64,000 nucleotides of DNA from Alphaproteobacteria bacterium (GTDB lineage: Bacteria > Pseudomonadota > Alphaproteobacteria > MPNO01 > UBA830). The translations under genes were made by a program, and so were the position numbers. The notes beneath the pieces are model-generated. The model made no database searches. It was not told where the DNA came from and worked only from the letters and a program-made list of their open reading frames with translations. Location of the stretch: positions 5,184,001 to 5,248,000 of the forward strand of contig OZ251539.1 of assembly GCA_965243135.1 (NCBI GenBank), in the 5' to 3' direction. Positions 10,090-20,179 of the stretch are shown piece after piece; position 1 is the stretch's first letter; each line of letters begins with the position of its first letter.

Positions 10090-10387
10090 TTTTCTCGCTC
10101 AATGGGTTCTTCTGCCGGAGGTCTGGGTAATTGTCGCGATCCTCTTGATCGGGGCGGATATCGTTCTCGGCTTTGAATTTTTCGTTCTTTCGATCGGAAT
10201 TGCAGCGTTGATCCTTGCAGGGCTATTGTTTGCCCAGCAGGAGGCATGGCCTGTCCATGTTCTGCTGTTCGAGACTTGGGAGGATGTCGGCATCTGGTTC
10301 GCCGGGCTGTCGATCGGTTCGATCGGTCTGATTCGATTGTGGTTGCGCCGCCGCCATTCCGCTCAGCCGGACATCAACCAGTACTGA
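10076..10387 (+). CDS. Short NfeD/YbbJ-like membrane protein
   Basis: Three hydrophobic helices; overlaps the SPFH gene, the usual SPFH-NfeD pairing; no OB-fold tail. Confidence 0.65.
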   Translation: MGFLDFLAQWVLLPEVWVIVAILLIGADIVLGFEFFVLSIGIAALILAGLLFAQQEAWPVHVLLFETWEDVGIWFAGLSIGSIGLIRLWLRRRHSAQPDINQY

Positions 10388-10919
10388 CGCCGTTTTCTTC
10401 CGTTGCTTGGATAAGGAAGCTGCGTAAGCGACGGCAACTGGCTGCTGCGCAATTGGGAGCGTTCCCGCTCCTCCGTGAACCGCCGCGGTCGGAATCGCAA
10501 TGCGCCGATCGACGCGTTCGAGGCGCCGTCGGACTGCGCGAGTTCGCGGTTCGGAAGAAAACTGCCGTGGCCGATTGACTGGGCCTTGGTGCGGACGACG
10601 GCGCCACCGTTTAGGGGGTGACGGCAAACGCCTTGTTCGCCGGGGCTTGCTGCGGCGCCTTTCGGGAAGACGGCTCGAGCTGGTTGCATGCGCAGAGGCA
10701 GAGTCCTTTTCCTCCGAAACGCGGCGCCCGGCTGCCGACCGGCGACATAGAGAGTCGGCCGGCGAACGTCGCCTGCCGGACGAGACGCACGGCGCTCGGA
10801 AACCCGCACGGCGTCGTCGCGCGAGCGACGCTTGCCCGGTACGGACGAAATCGCGATAGTGCGCGGTGCCCCTGTTCCATGGGCGAAGGGCGCGACGGGC
10901 TGGGCCGAAAGGATCTGAA

Positions 10920-11696
10920 ATGGCGGCAGTCAATGTGGAGCGGCGCGCGGACGGAATCGCGCGGGTCGCGATAAATCGGCCGGACAAGCGGAACGCGCTC
11001 AACCAGGAGGTGCGCAGCGCGCTGATAGCGGAACTGCCGGTCTTGCTCGCCGACGATGCCGTGCATGCGGTGTTGTTGACGGGAGAAGGCGGACATTTTT
11101 GCGCCGGCGGCGACATCGCCACGATGGAGGGCCTCGATGCGAGTGGCGCCCGCGCCCGCATGAAGGCCAATCACCGAATCGTCCGGATGATCGTTGAAGC
11201 GGAAAAACCGGTGGTCACGGCGATCGAGGGTTATGCGGTCGGCGCTGGAGCGGGGCTTGCGATGTTGGGAGATACGGCGGTGATCGCGGAAGGCGGCACC
11301 ATCGGCTTTCCTTTTTTCAAGGTGGGGCTGGTTCCCGATTACGCCATACTTTTCACGTTGCCGCGGCGCGCCGGAGGCGCGCGGGCGCGCCAGATTCTGC
11401 TCCACGCCAGGATGGTGAAGGCGGCGGAGGCGGTCGAGAAGGGACTCGCCGACGAAATCGCGCCGCAAGGCCGCGCGGAGGAAACGGCGGTCGAGCGCGC
11501 GCTCGCGCTTGCGTCGATGCCGCCCTTCGCCTTCGCCCTTGCCAAGCGCCAGCTCGGTTTGTGGCCCGGCAGCCTCGACGCGGCGCTCGAGATGGAAGCG
11601 CTGGCGCAGTCCGGATGCTTCGGCGCAGGCGAATTCCGGGAAGGTTTCTCGGCCTTCATGGAGAAGCGCGAACCGGATTTCCGGGGCGCGGCGTGA
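10920..11696 (+). CDS. Enoyl-CoA hydratase/isomerase
   Basis: NRPDKRNAL, FCAGGDI, KPVVTAIEGYAVGAG, FFKVGLVPD. Confidence 0.95.
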   Translation: MAAVNVERRADGIARVAINRPDKRNALNQEVRSALIAELPVLLADDAVHAVLLTGEGGHFCAGGDIATMEGLDASGARARMKANHRIVRMIVEAEKPVVTAIEGYAVGAGAGLAMLGDTAVIAEGGTIGFPFFKVGLVPDYAILFTLPRRAGGARARQILLHARMVKAAEAVEKGLADEIAPQGRAEETAVERALALASMPPFAFALAKRQLGLWPGSLDAALEMEALAQSGCFGAGEFREGFSAFMEKREPDFRGAA

Positions 11697-11750
11697 GCCG
11701 CGCGGGTTGCGCTTCTCGCAGGGCCGGTTCGAGCGCGGGGGAAAGGCGTT

Positions 11751-13259
11751 ATGAGGATTGATTCTCCTGAGTTCGCGATCGGAGTCGTGGGCACGGGCAC
11801 CATGGGGCGCGGCATCGCCCAGATCGCGGTAACCGGCGGCTTTCGCGTCAAGATGTTCGACGCGCAGGCGGGCGCGGCCGACGCGGCGCGGGAATTCGTG
11901 AACCGCATGATCGACCGCGCGGCGGAGAAAGGCAGGATGTCGTCCGGGGACGCCTCGGCGGCGACCGGACGGCTGCAAATTGCGGGCACCCTTGCGGATC
12001 TCGCCGGTTGCGGTCTCGTGGTGGAGGCCATCGTCGAGGACCTCGAAGCCAAGCGCACGTTGTTTCGGGAGCTCGAAGGGATCGTTTCCGACGATGCGAT
12101 CCTCGCGACCAACACCTCTTCGTTGTCGGTCACCCGCATCGCGGCCGCGTGCGGGCGGCCCGAGCGGATCGCGGGCTATCATTTCTTCAATCCGGTGCCC
12201 CTGCTCAAGGTGGTGGAGGTCGTAGCCGGAGAGCTGACCGCTCCCGAAGTCGTCGACGCGCTCGACGCCGTCGCCCGCGAATGCGGTCACGAACCGGTGC
12301 GCACCCGGGATACGCCGGGATTTCTGGTCAATCACGCGGGGCGCGGACTCTATACCGAAGGCATCCGCATCGTGGCCGAGGGGATCGCCGAGCCGCGTCA
12401 GGTCGACGACGTGATGCGGGAGGCCGCCGGCTTCCGCATGGGGCCGTTCGAGCTGATGGACACGACCGGACTCGACGTGTCCGGAGTGGTCATGGAATCC
12501 ATCTACGAGCAGTTTTACCAGGAACCCCGCTTCAGACCGCAGGCTTTCGTTCGCGGACGGATGGCTGCCGGTCTCCACGGCCGCAAGACTGGACGCGGCT
12601 TCTACGTCTACGAGGATGGCGCGAGGATCGCGCCGCCCGAGCCCGGCCCGGCGTCCGAGTTGCCGGAAGCGGTCTGGTTGGGGGGCGAAGGCGCTACCGT
12701 CCTCGGGGAGTTGCTGAACGGCAAGGTCGACGTCGAAACCGGTCCGCGACCGTCGGCGCGGGCGATTTGCATGGTAGCGCCCCTTGGCCGCGACGCGACG
12801 ATGACGGCGCTCGATCTCGGCGTCGAGCCTGAACGCACCGTCGCTGTCGATACCCTTTTCGGGACGGGCGGTCGGCGAACGTTGATGACCACCAGCGTCA
12901 CCGATCCGGGCGTGCGCGACGCGGCGCACGCGGCGCTGGCGGCCGACGGAGGCTCGGTGACGGTCATTCACGACAGTCCCGGTTTCGTCGTCCAGCGGGT
13001 GATCGCGACGATCGTGAATATTTCCGCCGAGATCGCCCAGATGCGCATTGCGACGCCCGCGGACATCGACAAGGCGGTATGCCTCGGGCTCGCCTATCCG
13101 CAGGGACCGCTTGCCTTCGGCGACGGTCTGGGACCGGCGAAAATCCTCGCGATTCTGAAGGCCATGCAGGAATTCTACGGAGATCCGCGCTATCGTCCGA
13201 GTCCGTGGCTCGTTCGTCGCGCGCGGCTCGGTGTTTCGTTGACGACGCCCGAAGCGTAG
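11751..13259 (+). CDS. 3-hydroxyacyl-CoA dehydrogenase (PaaH-like)
   Basis: GTGTMGRGIA, ATNTSSLS, HFFNPVP, PGFLVN, duplicated C-terminal domain. Confidence 0.95.
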   Translation: MRIDSPEFAIGVVGTGTMGRGIAQIAVTGGFRVKMFDAQAGAADAAREFVNRMIDRAAEKGRMSSGDASAATGRLQIAGTLADLAGCGLVVEAIVEDLEAKRTLFRELEGIVSDDAILATNTSSLSVTRIAAACGRPERIAGYHFFNPVPLLKVVEVVAGELTAPEVVDALDAVARECGHEPVRTRDTPGFLVNHAGRGLYTEGIRIVAEGIAEPRQVDDVMREAAGFRMGPFELMDTTGLDVSGVVMESIYEQFYQEPRFRPQAFVRGRMAAGLHGRKTGRGFYVYEDGARIAPPEPGPASELPEAVWLGGEGATVLGELLNGKVDVETGPRPSARAICMVAPLGRDATMTALDLGVEPERTVAVDTLFGTGGRRTLMTTSVTDPGVRDAAHAALAADGGSVTVIHDSPGFVVQRVIATIVNISAEIAQMRIATPADIDKAVCLGLAYPQGPLAFGDGLGPAKILAILKAMQEFYGDPRYRPSPWLVRRARLGVSLTTPEA

Positions 13260-13270
13260 AGCCGTGCGGC

Positions 13271-14918
13271 CAGAAATTCCCGCTAAGGTGGCCGCCCTTT
13301 GCGAAAGGCGCGTCGAGATAGCGTCGTTACCGAGGGATCAGCCGCCGCGACGCACCTTCCCCGCTTCGGCTTGGTGCCGACTTAGCCTTGACCATCCTGT
13401 TTCCCCTGAAAAACTTGCTTTAGCACATTCGGTCACGGTGCCAGGTCAGGAGGTGTCGTAGGGAATTCCCTCTGCTTTCCGGTATCCAAACGCGATCATT
13501 CGGTAGAGTGTTTCCCAGTCCTTCAAGAAGTATTCGAGAAACAATCCCCGCGCCTTTTCCCAGAAGTAAATGGGCCGCTTGGCCTTCGTTTGTGCCTGTT
13601 GGAACAGTTTGCAACATCGCTGTTGAATCTGGTCAATCAGGAACGCCAGCATCATCAGGAACGCAAAGACCGTCGACAGATTCTTGTTACCGTGACCGAA
13701 GTTGTGCTCAAAGCAGTAGCCTTGGTTCTTCAGGGTGTTGAAAGTTTCGTTCTCGATCTTCCAGCGCGCCCGCCCGGTGCGCATCAACTCCATCAGGTTC
13801 CCTTCGTCAATTGGCAGATCCGTGACCCAGGAGAAACGTTGTTTCTTACCGTTTGGGAGCTTCTCCCAGTATTCGAGAAAGTTCACTTTGAGGTCGAAGT
13901 GCGTATCGTTCAGAGGCACTCCGTTGAGATACCGGAATTCGTGCCGTATGTTGTCACCGTCCGTGAACTCCCGGCGCTCCACGGACGGCGCGTTGTTGAC
14001 CCACTCGAACAGGAATTTGTGGTCGCCGGGCTTCGCCCCCAGTATGAAACGCATGTCTAACTCCTTGAGAAGATTGACATGTGGTCCGTTCGAGGCCAGC
14101 CCATCTTCCAACACAACTAGCTTCAGGTGCGGGTGTTCACGACGCACATCTTCCAGAAGCCGTTTCGCTGCGTTGCGTTCGCAATCGTTCTTTTTTGCGC
14201 CGTCTTCCTTCAGGATCGGTTCCGGTGCAAACGGAAAAACCTCCTTTTGTTCCGGATGCACCAGAACGGCCCCCAACATCTGGTGGTAGTAGGTAATCGT
14301 ACCGTCGCGGTGGTGTTTCTCGCAGCAATTTTTACAGTGCACCTTGTTCGACGAGAAGTATCCCGTTCCATCGATCGAAAGAGCGTAATGCCCGTTCAGA
14401 CAAGTGTATTGTTCCAACCCCTTGCCTCGTTGCAAAACCTGGAACATCTTCGTGAAACAACGCCGCAATTGCCGCGGACAGACTTCGTCAAGCCGTTCGC
14501 GCATCGCAGTGTCCGACGGCACGCGCTTGACGCCGTATAAGGTCGCGAGGTTGTGCCGAACCGCTTCGTCGGCGTGCGCGGCTTCGTCGAATTGCAGAAG
14601 CGACGCATACTTCATACCGAACACCGCTAGACCCGACATCAGACAGTCCGTCTGGTTCAGCCCCCGGCTCGCGATCGGATCTTCAATACGGTCGAAACAA
14701 GCTCGCACTTCCTTCAGCAATCCCGGAGCGCTGAGCGTCTTGCGCATGCCTGGCATTCTGGCCATTTTGGTACAATCCCGCCTCGCCTTCGGACCACTTT
14801 CCAGAGAAAAATGCTCCGCTCGAAGGCAAATAGCCCCGAATCACCTCGAAAAGTCCACGAAAGACTTTTTTCCGGCCCCATATTTTTCAAGGGTTTCGAG
14901 CCTTAGCGGGAATTGCTG
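13271..14918 (-). mobile_element. Complete IS, copy 1 (DDE; probably ISNCY/ISDol1-like), 1648 bp
   Basis: 18-bp terminal IRs CAG(C/A)AATTCCCGCTAAGG; 9-bp target duplication CCGTGCGGC (13262-13270 and 14919-14927). Confidence 0.95.
13446..14765 (-). CDS. DDE transposase
   Basis: LSIDGTG, LEDGLAS, GRARWKIENETFNTLKNQGY. Confidence 0.95.
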   Translation of the reverse strand: MARMPGMRKTLSAPGLLKEVRACFDRIEDPIASRGLNQTDCLMSGLAVFGMKYASLLQFDEAAHADEAVRHNLATLYGVKRVPSDTAMRERLDEVCPRQLRRCFTKMFQVLQRGKGLEQYTCLNGHYALSIDGTGYFSSNKVHCKNCCEKHHRDGTITYYHQMLGAVLVHPEQKEVFPFAPEPILKEDGAKKNDCERNAAKRLLEDVRREHPHLKLVVLEDGLASNGPHVNLLKELDMRFILGAKPGDHKFLFEWVNNAPSVERREFTDGDNIRHEFRYLNGVPLNDTHFDLKVNFLEYWEKLPNGKKQRFSWVTDLPIDEGNLMELMRTGRARWKIENETFNTLKNQGYCFEHNFGHGNKNLSTVFAFLMMLAFLIDQIQQRCCKLFQQAQTKAKRPIYFWEKARGLFLEYFLKDWETLYRMIAFGYRKAEGIPYDTS

Positions 14919-15102
14919 CCGTGCGGCGGATCCAAAAGACGGGGCAGTGTCCGGAGATGCTGAAACGTCCCGGATGGCGACGGTTCCATGGAAGATATAT
15001 GCGCGACCTGCCAGAAAAAGGTTGGTTCGACGCTTTGAATCAGGAACAATCGCGAGGCGGGGCGACGGACGGTAGCCGACGCGGAACTTCGGGAGAAGGG
15101 CG

Positions 15103-16038
15103 ATGAAGAAACTTGTGCTCGAGACGACGGCGCCGTTCCAGGGACTCGCCGAGCTGGTGGCCCATCGGGAAGGCCTGTTCGAAAAGGAAGGGTTGCTTGT
15201 CGAATGGGTCGACCGCGACAAGGGCGGGCCGCTCGAGTTGCGAACGGACATCGACGTTCCGGACGGTCTCGATCCCCATTCCAGCCACGGCAAGCTGTTC
15301 GAGCAGGGCAAGGCCGACATGTACAACGCCTGCGAATGGGGCAACTACTGCCGCGTGCAGGATAGCTCCGTCGCATCGGGCCGTCAGATCGGCAGGCGCG
15401 CGATCGTGACGTTCGCCGGGATCGTCGTTCGTCCCGACTCCGATGTCTACACGCCGCAGCAACTGGCCGGGCGGCTTGTCGGCGTGCCGTTCTATTTCGG
15501 CACCCATTATCTTGCGCTGCACATGTTGGAAGGTTTTCTGACGCGGGACCGGATCAGGGTCTGCAGCGCGTCGAACGGTTCGCGCAATCGTTACGACGCG
15601 ATGATGTCGGGCGCCGTAGAGGCGACGACCCTTACCGAACCGTATCTCAGCCTGGCGGAGAAGAATGGCTGCCGCATCGTTTGTTCGGCCTTCTATCACG
15701 GAACCGAAGTGGCCTCAGATGCCGTCGACGCGGAGACCTACGCCGCTTTCAACCGCGGGGTGCGCGAGGCCGTGCGGCGCATCAACGCCGACAAGCGCAA
15801 GTATCTCCAGTACTTCATCGACTATCATCGGGAGAAGGATCCCGACATCGGGATCTTGACGGTCGACGATCTCAGGGAAAGCCGAATCGTGGTTGTCGAT
15901 CCGGCTCCGATCCCTGACGAGGAACTCGAGCGGACGGCGGAATGGATCAAGGGCTGGGGCATGCTGCGGGAGACGGAAGCGGCTGCCAATCTGGTCAACA
16001 TGGACGTGCAGGCAGGCGCGCACGTCGCCGCGGAATAG
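15103..16038 (+). CDS. NitT/TauT/THI5-like substrate-binding-fold protein without signal peptide
   Basis: GLFEKEGL N-terminal motif, TPQQLAGRLVGV, TLTEPY; no hydrophobic leader. Confidence 0.7.
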   Translation: MKKLVLETTAPFQGLAELVAHREGLFEKEGLLVEWVDRDKGGPLELRTDIDVPDGLDPHSSHGKLFEQGKADMYNACEWGNYCRVQDSSVASGRQIGRRAIVTFAGIVVRPDSDVYTPQQLAGRLVGVPFYFGTHYLALHMLEGFLTRDRIRVCSASNGSRNRYDAMMSGAVEATTLTEPYLSLAEKNGCRIVCSAFYHGTEVASDAVDAETYAAFNRGVREAVRRINADKRKYLQYFIDYHREKDPDIGILTVDDLRESRIVVVDPAPIPDEELERTAEWIKGWGMLRETEAAANLVNMDVQAGAHVAAE

Positions 16039-16555
16039 CTTGACGGCCTGCGCGGGAGGAGGCGGGCTTCCGCTTCCGACCGGGTCTGGCTTGCGTTCGA
16101 CGCTTCGCTTTCCTGAAATATCGACAAGTCGGGGCCGCACCTTGGTCCCTCGGCCCGCGGGCGGCGTCTCATGCCGCCTCGGCCGCTCCCCGCAGGACCG
16201 TGTCGGGCGACATGGCGCCGCAACGCCGAAAGACGTTGCCGTAGCCGCTCGATCAGGCGGCTTCGTCAGTTCTCCCGAAGGGGCTGCCCGAGCGGCCTCG
16301 TCGAGCCGAAAACGCATCCGCAGGGCCTTGATCCGTCGAGGACGGGCGGAACGGCGCCGGATCTCTGCGCCGAGTTGCGATCCGCTTCGGGTAACGGCAT
16401 GAAAAACAATGTGGAATCGGCATCAGAAAAGGCTTTTTGAAAGCTTTTCGAGGATCTGGCGCAAATTTAAAAAAGGACGAAAGCCCTGGAACAAAGCAGG
16501 GTCAATTTTTTTCTTGTGATTTCCGGGATTTTTTTCGAAATTGTCGAATTAGGGG

Positions 16556-16584
16556 TTGACATACGACTCAAAATCTGATAAAAT
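16556..16584 (+). promoter_or_regulatory. Near-consensus sigma70 promoter
   Basis: TTGACA-17 bp-TAAAAT preceded by AT-rich A/T tracts (16425-16550). Confidence 0.8.
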
Positions 16585-16590
16585 TAACCT

Positions 16591-16760
16591 GTGAGGGTCT
16601 GTTTCCGACAGAAACGGCGTCGCCAGGGAATCCTTGAAGATCCCCAACATCGTTGCGACCCCGGCGCTCAAGTGGCTCCCGTTGCCGGGAGCCACTTGAG
16701 TCCGTGGACCTTCGCTCGCCGAACGCGGCGATCGGGGGCCGTCGGAAATCGGACGCAATT
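16591..16760 (+). ncRNA. Candidate structured leader RNA
   Basis: Perfect 14-bp stem CTCAAGTGGCTCCC/GGGAGCCACTTGAG; further stems GTCGC/GCGAC and TCGCCG/CGGCGA; long-range TTTCCGAC/GTCGGAAA. Confidence 0.4.
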
Positions 16761-16798
16761 CCGTACTCCGACCAACATTGAAATACAGGAGAACGGAT

Positions 16799-17737
16799 AT
16801 GGATTCGAAAACACTCGAAGTCTTTGAAAGACGCGCTCGACGATACCTCGCGGCAAGCGAGAACGCCGAGCAGGCGAAGCTCGAAGTCGAACGCGGTCGG
16901 GAGCTTCTTGCGGAGACTCTTGAATACCGGTCGAAGCACTGGGACGAAGAGGTGAGGCACGAGGCGAAACGGGTTCTGCGAGGTCTGAAATCCGGCCGGC
17001 AGAACTTCGAGGCGACAATGAAGGGTCTTCGACGGGTGCGCGACATCGCGAGCAAGGCGAATCGCCGGAAAGCAAATGAAATGCTGCTTTCCGGCGAACG
17101 GACCCATGATCTTCCGGGCGGGTTCGATATCCGGGAACTGCTCACGGTCAAGAGCGTTCAGGAAGTCGGCCGAGCGTTGGGGAACTGCGTCGCGAGCAAG
17201 GGTAATGCGCGCAAGTATCTGGCGAACCGGATGTGGGCGTTGCGGGATCGGGAGAAGCAGCCGCTTTTGCTGATCTCGGTCGATTCGGACGGAGACGTCG
17301 GCGATTGCGAAGGGCGTTTTCCGGAGCCTCTGCCCGCGTCTCTTTCGAGAGACGAACGGACGGAAAGGCCTCCCGAGCCTCTGCCTCCGTCCATCGCGCG
17401 CGAGATCATGGCTGCGATAGGCGCCAAGAGCGACGGGTATGGTTCGGACGCGTTTGCGATAGGCGGCCTCGAAGTCTTCCGCGACGGCGTGCCTGACGCG
17501 CAACCTGTCGAAGTCGACGGCGTCTCGTACCGCGTCTGGATCGACCGCGCCTCCGACGAGGAGGAGCGGCAGTGCGTGATCGCCGCGGACGATGGTTCGG
17601 GATCCTGGGAGAGTTGGTCCTTGTTCAAGATCGACGACGACCGACTCGAAAAGGGCTGCGAAGGCCAGCGCCTGTCGGTAGTTGACCTGCTGCGCCTGAT
17701 GGCGAAGAGCTCGGAGATCCGCGAGCGTTTGGGCTGA
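16799..17737 (+). CDS. Hypothetical protein with PcfJ-like domain
   Basis: RBS CAGGAGA; IRELLTVKSVQEVGRALGNCVA...Y...WALRD resembles the PcfJ L..EG..M.HCV..Y...SLR motif; helical N-terminus. Confidence 0.6.
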   Translation: MDSKTLEVFERRARRYLAASENAEQAKLEVERGRELLAETLEYRSKHWDEEVRHEAKRVLRGLKSGRQNFEATMKGLRRVRDIASKANRRKANEMLLSGERTHDLPGGFDIRELLTVKSVQEVGRALGNCVASKGNARKYLANRMWALRDREKQPLLLISVDSDGDVGDCEGRFPEPLPASLSRDERTERPPEPLPPSIAREIMAAIGAKSDGYGSDAFAIGGLEVFRDGVPDAQPVEVDGVSYRVWIDRASDEEERQCVIAADDGSGSWESWSLFKIDDDRLEKGCEGQRLSVVDLLRLMAKSSEIRERLG

Positions 17738-17742
17738 GTCCC

Positions 17743-17774
17743 TTCCCTGGCCCGGCATAAGCCGGGCCAGGGAA
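17743..17774 (+). terminator. Terminator-like hairpin
   Basis: TTCCCTGGCCCGGC-ATAA-GCCGGGCCAGGGAA perfect 14-bp stem just after the stop; no clear U-tract. Confidence 0.6.
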
Positions 17775-18475
17775 ATCGCCGAAATCGTCCGGACTGTGTG
17801 GGGCTTCCTTATCTTGGGGCTCCGCGCCTGAGCATGACGCCTCGCGCCGATTTGCTGACGCCGGCGGCATCGTCTGATTTCATGGCGAGTCTGGCGCAGC
17901 ATGCGGGCGCGCTCGCGGCGAACCGGCGCCGCAACGTCCGCATGTGCCTGGTCGTCTATGGCGTCCCTCCGGAAAATTCGACGAAGGCCGGAGAACGCGG
18001 CGTCGAGGCGAGGGCCTCCGAAAGGCGGCGCGGTCGGGGCGCTACGGAAGCGCGGGTTGGCCTGCAGGGTCGGCACCGGATTCCGGGTGGTTCGCGCCAC
18101 CGTGAAACTCGTCGAATTCCAGCGCGACTCGATCGACATGGAGGATTTTCGCAGGAATCCGCGGAGCGAGCCGGACAACCTGATCGTTACGTTCCGCAGG
18201 GATGGCGAAGCTCGGTAAAATCCGGGCGTTTCCCGCAGTTGACGGCGGGTCGGCTTTCGCCACTGTTGACGCGCCCATCAGCTTCATCCAAGGTTGCGCT
18301 TGCACACATCGACGGTCCCGCCGAGTCGGGTCGCCCGCTGAATAGAGCAGCCCGACGTTTGGCGCAAGGTAGCTCCCCGAGCCTGGGCGAACAAGTGGGG
18401 ACTGTCTCACTACAGGTGATGTCTGCAACGGCCCGGCCCCCGTCGGCGCCGAAGCAACAGACACGGAGAACGATC

Positions 18476-19372
18476 ATGAAGACCATGAAGATCGCGCATT
18501 GGTTCGCCCCTGCCGTCGGGACGCTTGCCCTCCTTTCTCTCGCCGCGTGCGGTGGAGGCGGCGGCGGGAGCGCGACCATAGACGCGGCCGGAGCGCGCGA
18601 CCTGACCGGTTCGCAAGCCCCCGTCGAGACCCCGGCGGACCAAGCCGCGCGGGCACCGGGGATATTCGGTCGCGCTGACTCACTTCTCGTCTCGACGATC
18701 ACCGGTGAGACGTCGCACCCGAGCCTCCGGACGTTCCGAATTCGGACGAACTGCACTGGAACGCGGTGTTCGTGGAGGGAGGCGACAACGGGGGTTTCCG
18801 GCTCTATCGGACTGAATGACCTTGAGTTCACGTCGGGCAAATCGCAAGCCATTCTCACCAAAAACGGGATTACGCTGGTGGAAGGGCAGGCTGAAGGTAT
18901 CGAGTCTTACGGTGCTTGGATGGACCACGCCGGATTTGCCGTGCAAAGCGAAGAGCAGATGATCGAAGGCGTTTCCGTCACTGGTCGGTACGGGATTGCC
19001 GGCGGCGATCTGACCGGCATCCGGCCCGACATACTGGCTACATGGCGCGGACTTATGGTCGGAACCCCGCGTGATGGCGGGTTGCGCGGAAACGTCCTGC
19101 AGGGCGACGCCGCTCTAACCTACACGCTTAACGGAACCGGCGGCTCGCTCGACGCGGCTTTCACGGATCTCAGGAATCTCGACAGCGGCGCGGCGTACTC
19201 GGTTTCGAGTTTGCGCTTCGACGACGTGCCTGTCTCCGCCAATGGCACCTACAATGCAGGCGCGACCGGCAACCGCATTCAAGGCGGATTCTACGGGCCG
19301 GACCATGCGGAGGCAGCGGGTATTGTCGAGCAGAGCGGTATCGTCGGCGCGTTCGGCGCAAAGCGGCAATGA
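18476..19372 (+). CDS. Surface lipoprotein with TbpB/fHbp-like C-terminal beta-barrel
   Basis: Lipobox LAAC followed by GGGGGG linker; C-terminal IQGGFYGPDHAEAAG...GAFGAKR. Confidence 0.82.
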   Translation: MKTMKIAHWFAPAVGTLALLSLAACGGGGGGSATIDAAGARDLTGSQAPVETPADQAARAPGIFGRADSLLVSTITGETSHPSLRTFRIRTNCTGTRCSWREATTGVSGSIGLNDLEFTSGKSQAILTKNGITLVEGQAEGIESYGAWMDHAGFAVQSEEQMIEGVSVTGRYGIAGGDLTGIRPDILATWRGLMVGTPRDGGLRGNVLQGDAALTYTLNGTGGSLDAAFTDLRNLDSGAAYSVSSLRFDDVPVSANGTYNAGATGNRIQGGFYGPDHAEAAGIVEQSGIVGAFGAKRQ

Positions 19373-20179
19373 CGTTTGCGGAGCCGCGCAAGTACTACCG
19401 GCTCTTGAGCCCGCTGCTAACGCAGCGGATCTCCGCGAACCGAAGCGAACGACCGCCATGCCTGTAGAGGGAGTTCCGGGGCGTCGAAATCCTCCTGTTT
19501 CTCGTAGAAGCGCCGTTCGAAGGACGCCACCTCGCCAAGGGCAGTGTGTTGTTTATAGCGGGCCAGAGTGCCATCCGGCGGTTACATTGTCGACAAGATT
19601 TGCGCTTTCGCTCTCGCAGTCCGCCCTGACGGGGAGGCGCTTCCACCTGCCCGTGCCAGGAGCGGTGCTGGACGAAAGCAATCCGCAACCTCCTTGCCGC
19701 GCGAGCCCTGAAGCAGGTCTTGGCCTGCCGTGGAGGAGCCCCCGACCCGCAAAACCCACGCGACGAGCAACCAGCGCCGAAAGCGTCGGTTCGCGGCTTC
19801 GCCCGGCTTCCGTGAGGCGGCACTCTGGATTTCGGAAACGCTCGAATCTTCCTCCACGGCGGAAACAGGTCGCTCCGGGCGCGTACGCTCATGGTTCGCG
19901 AGACCTCTGCACAGCGAACTTGCCGCTTCGTTCCGATGCCGTGGCTGCGTTTGCGGCGCACAAGGACGCGCTTTCCCGAATGTTTCCGTTTTCATGGCCG
20001 TCGCCGCCGTGACCGGGCCGCAGTGAGGCGGGCGAGATTCGTGAGGAACCGGCCGCTGCGAGGCCGCTCCTCGGCCTCTGAAAACTCTGGAAGGCCGAGA
20101 TTCCGCCGAGGAGACGAACATGCCGGGTCGGCGAAAACCCGTCGTCAGGACGCGTCGCTGCTGATCCGCTCCCCGGCGG

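Noticed and set aside
10388-10919. Long intergenic spacers (also 8524-9040, 16039-16420, 42010-42440, 43064-43490, 50680-51090)
   Set aside because: No recognisable motif, repeat or RNA gene by eye; probably eroded gene debris
18330-18400. c-di-AMP (ydaO) riboswitch suggested by GCTGAAT and CCCGAGCC
   Set aside because: Lacks the GGGGTGAAT and GTCAGCTAAC core segments
19395-19600. Possible IscB omega-RNA or REP element (CCGCTGCTAACGCAGCGG hairpin)
   Set aside because: Single short hairpin, no second copy seen, and no IscB/TnpB/RAYT gene nearby
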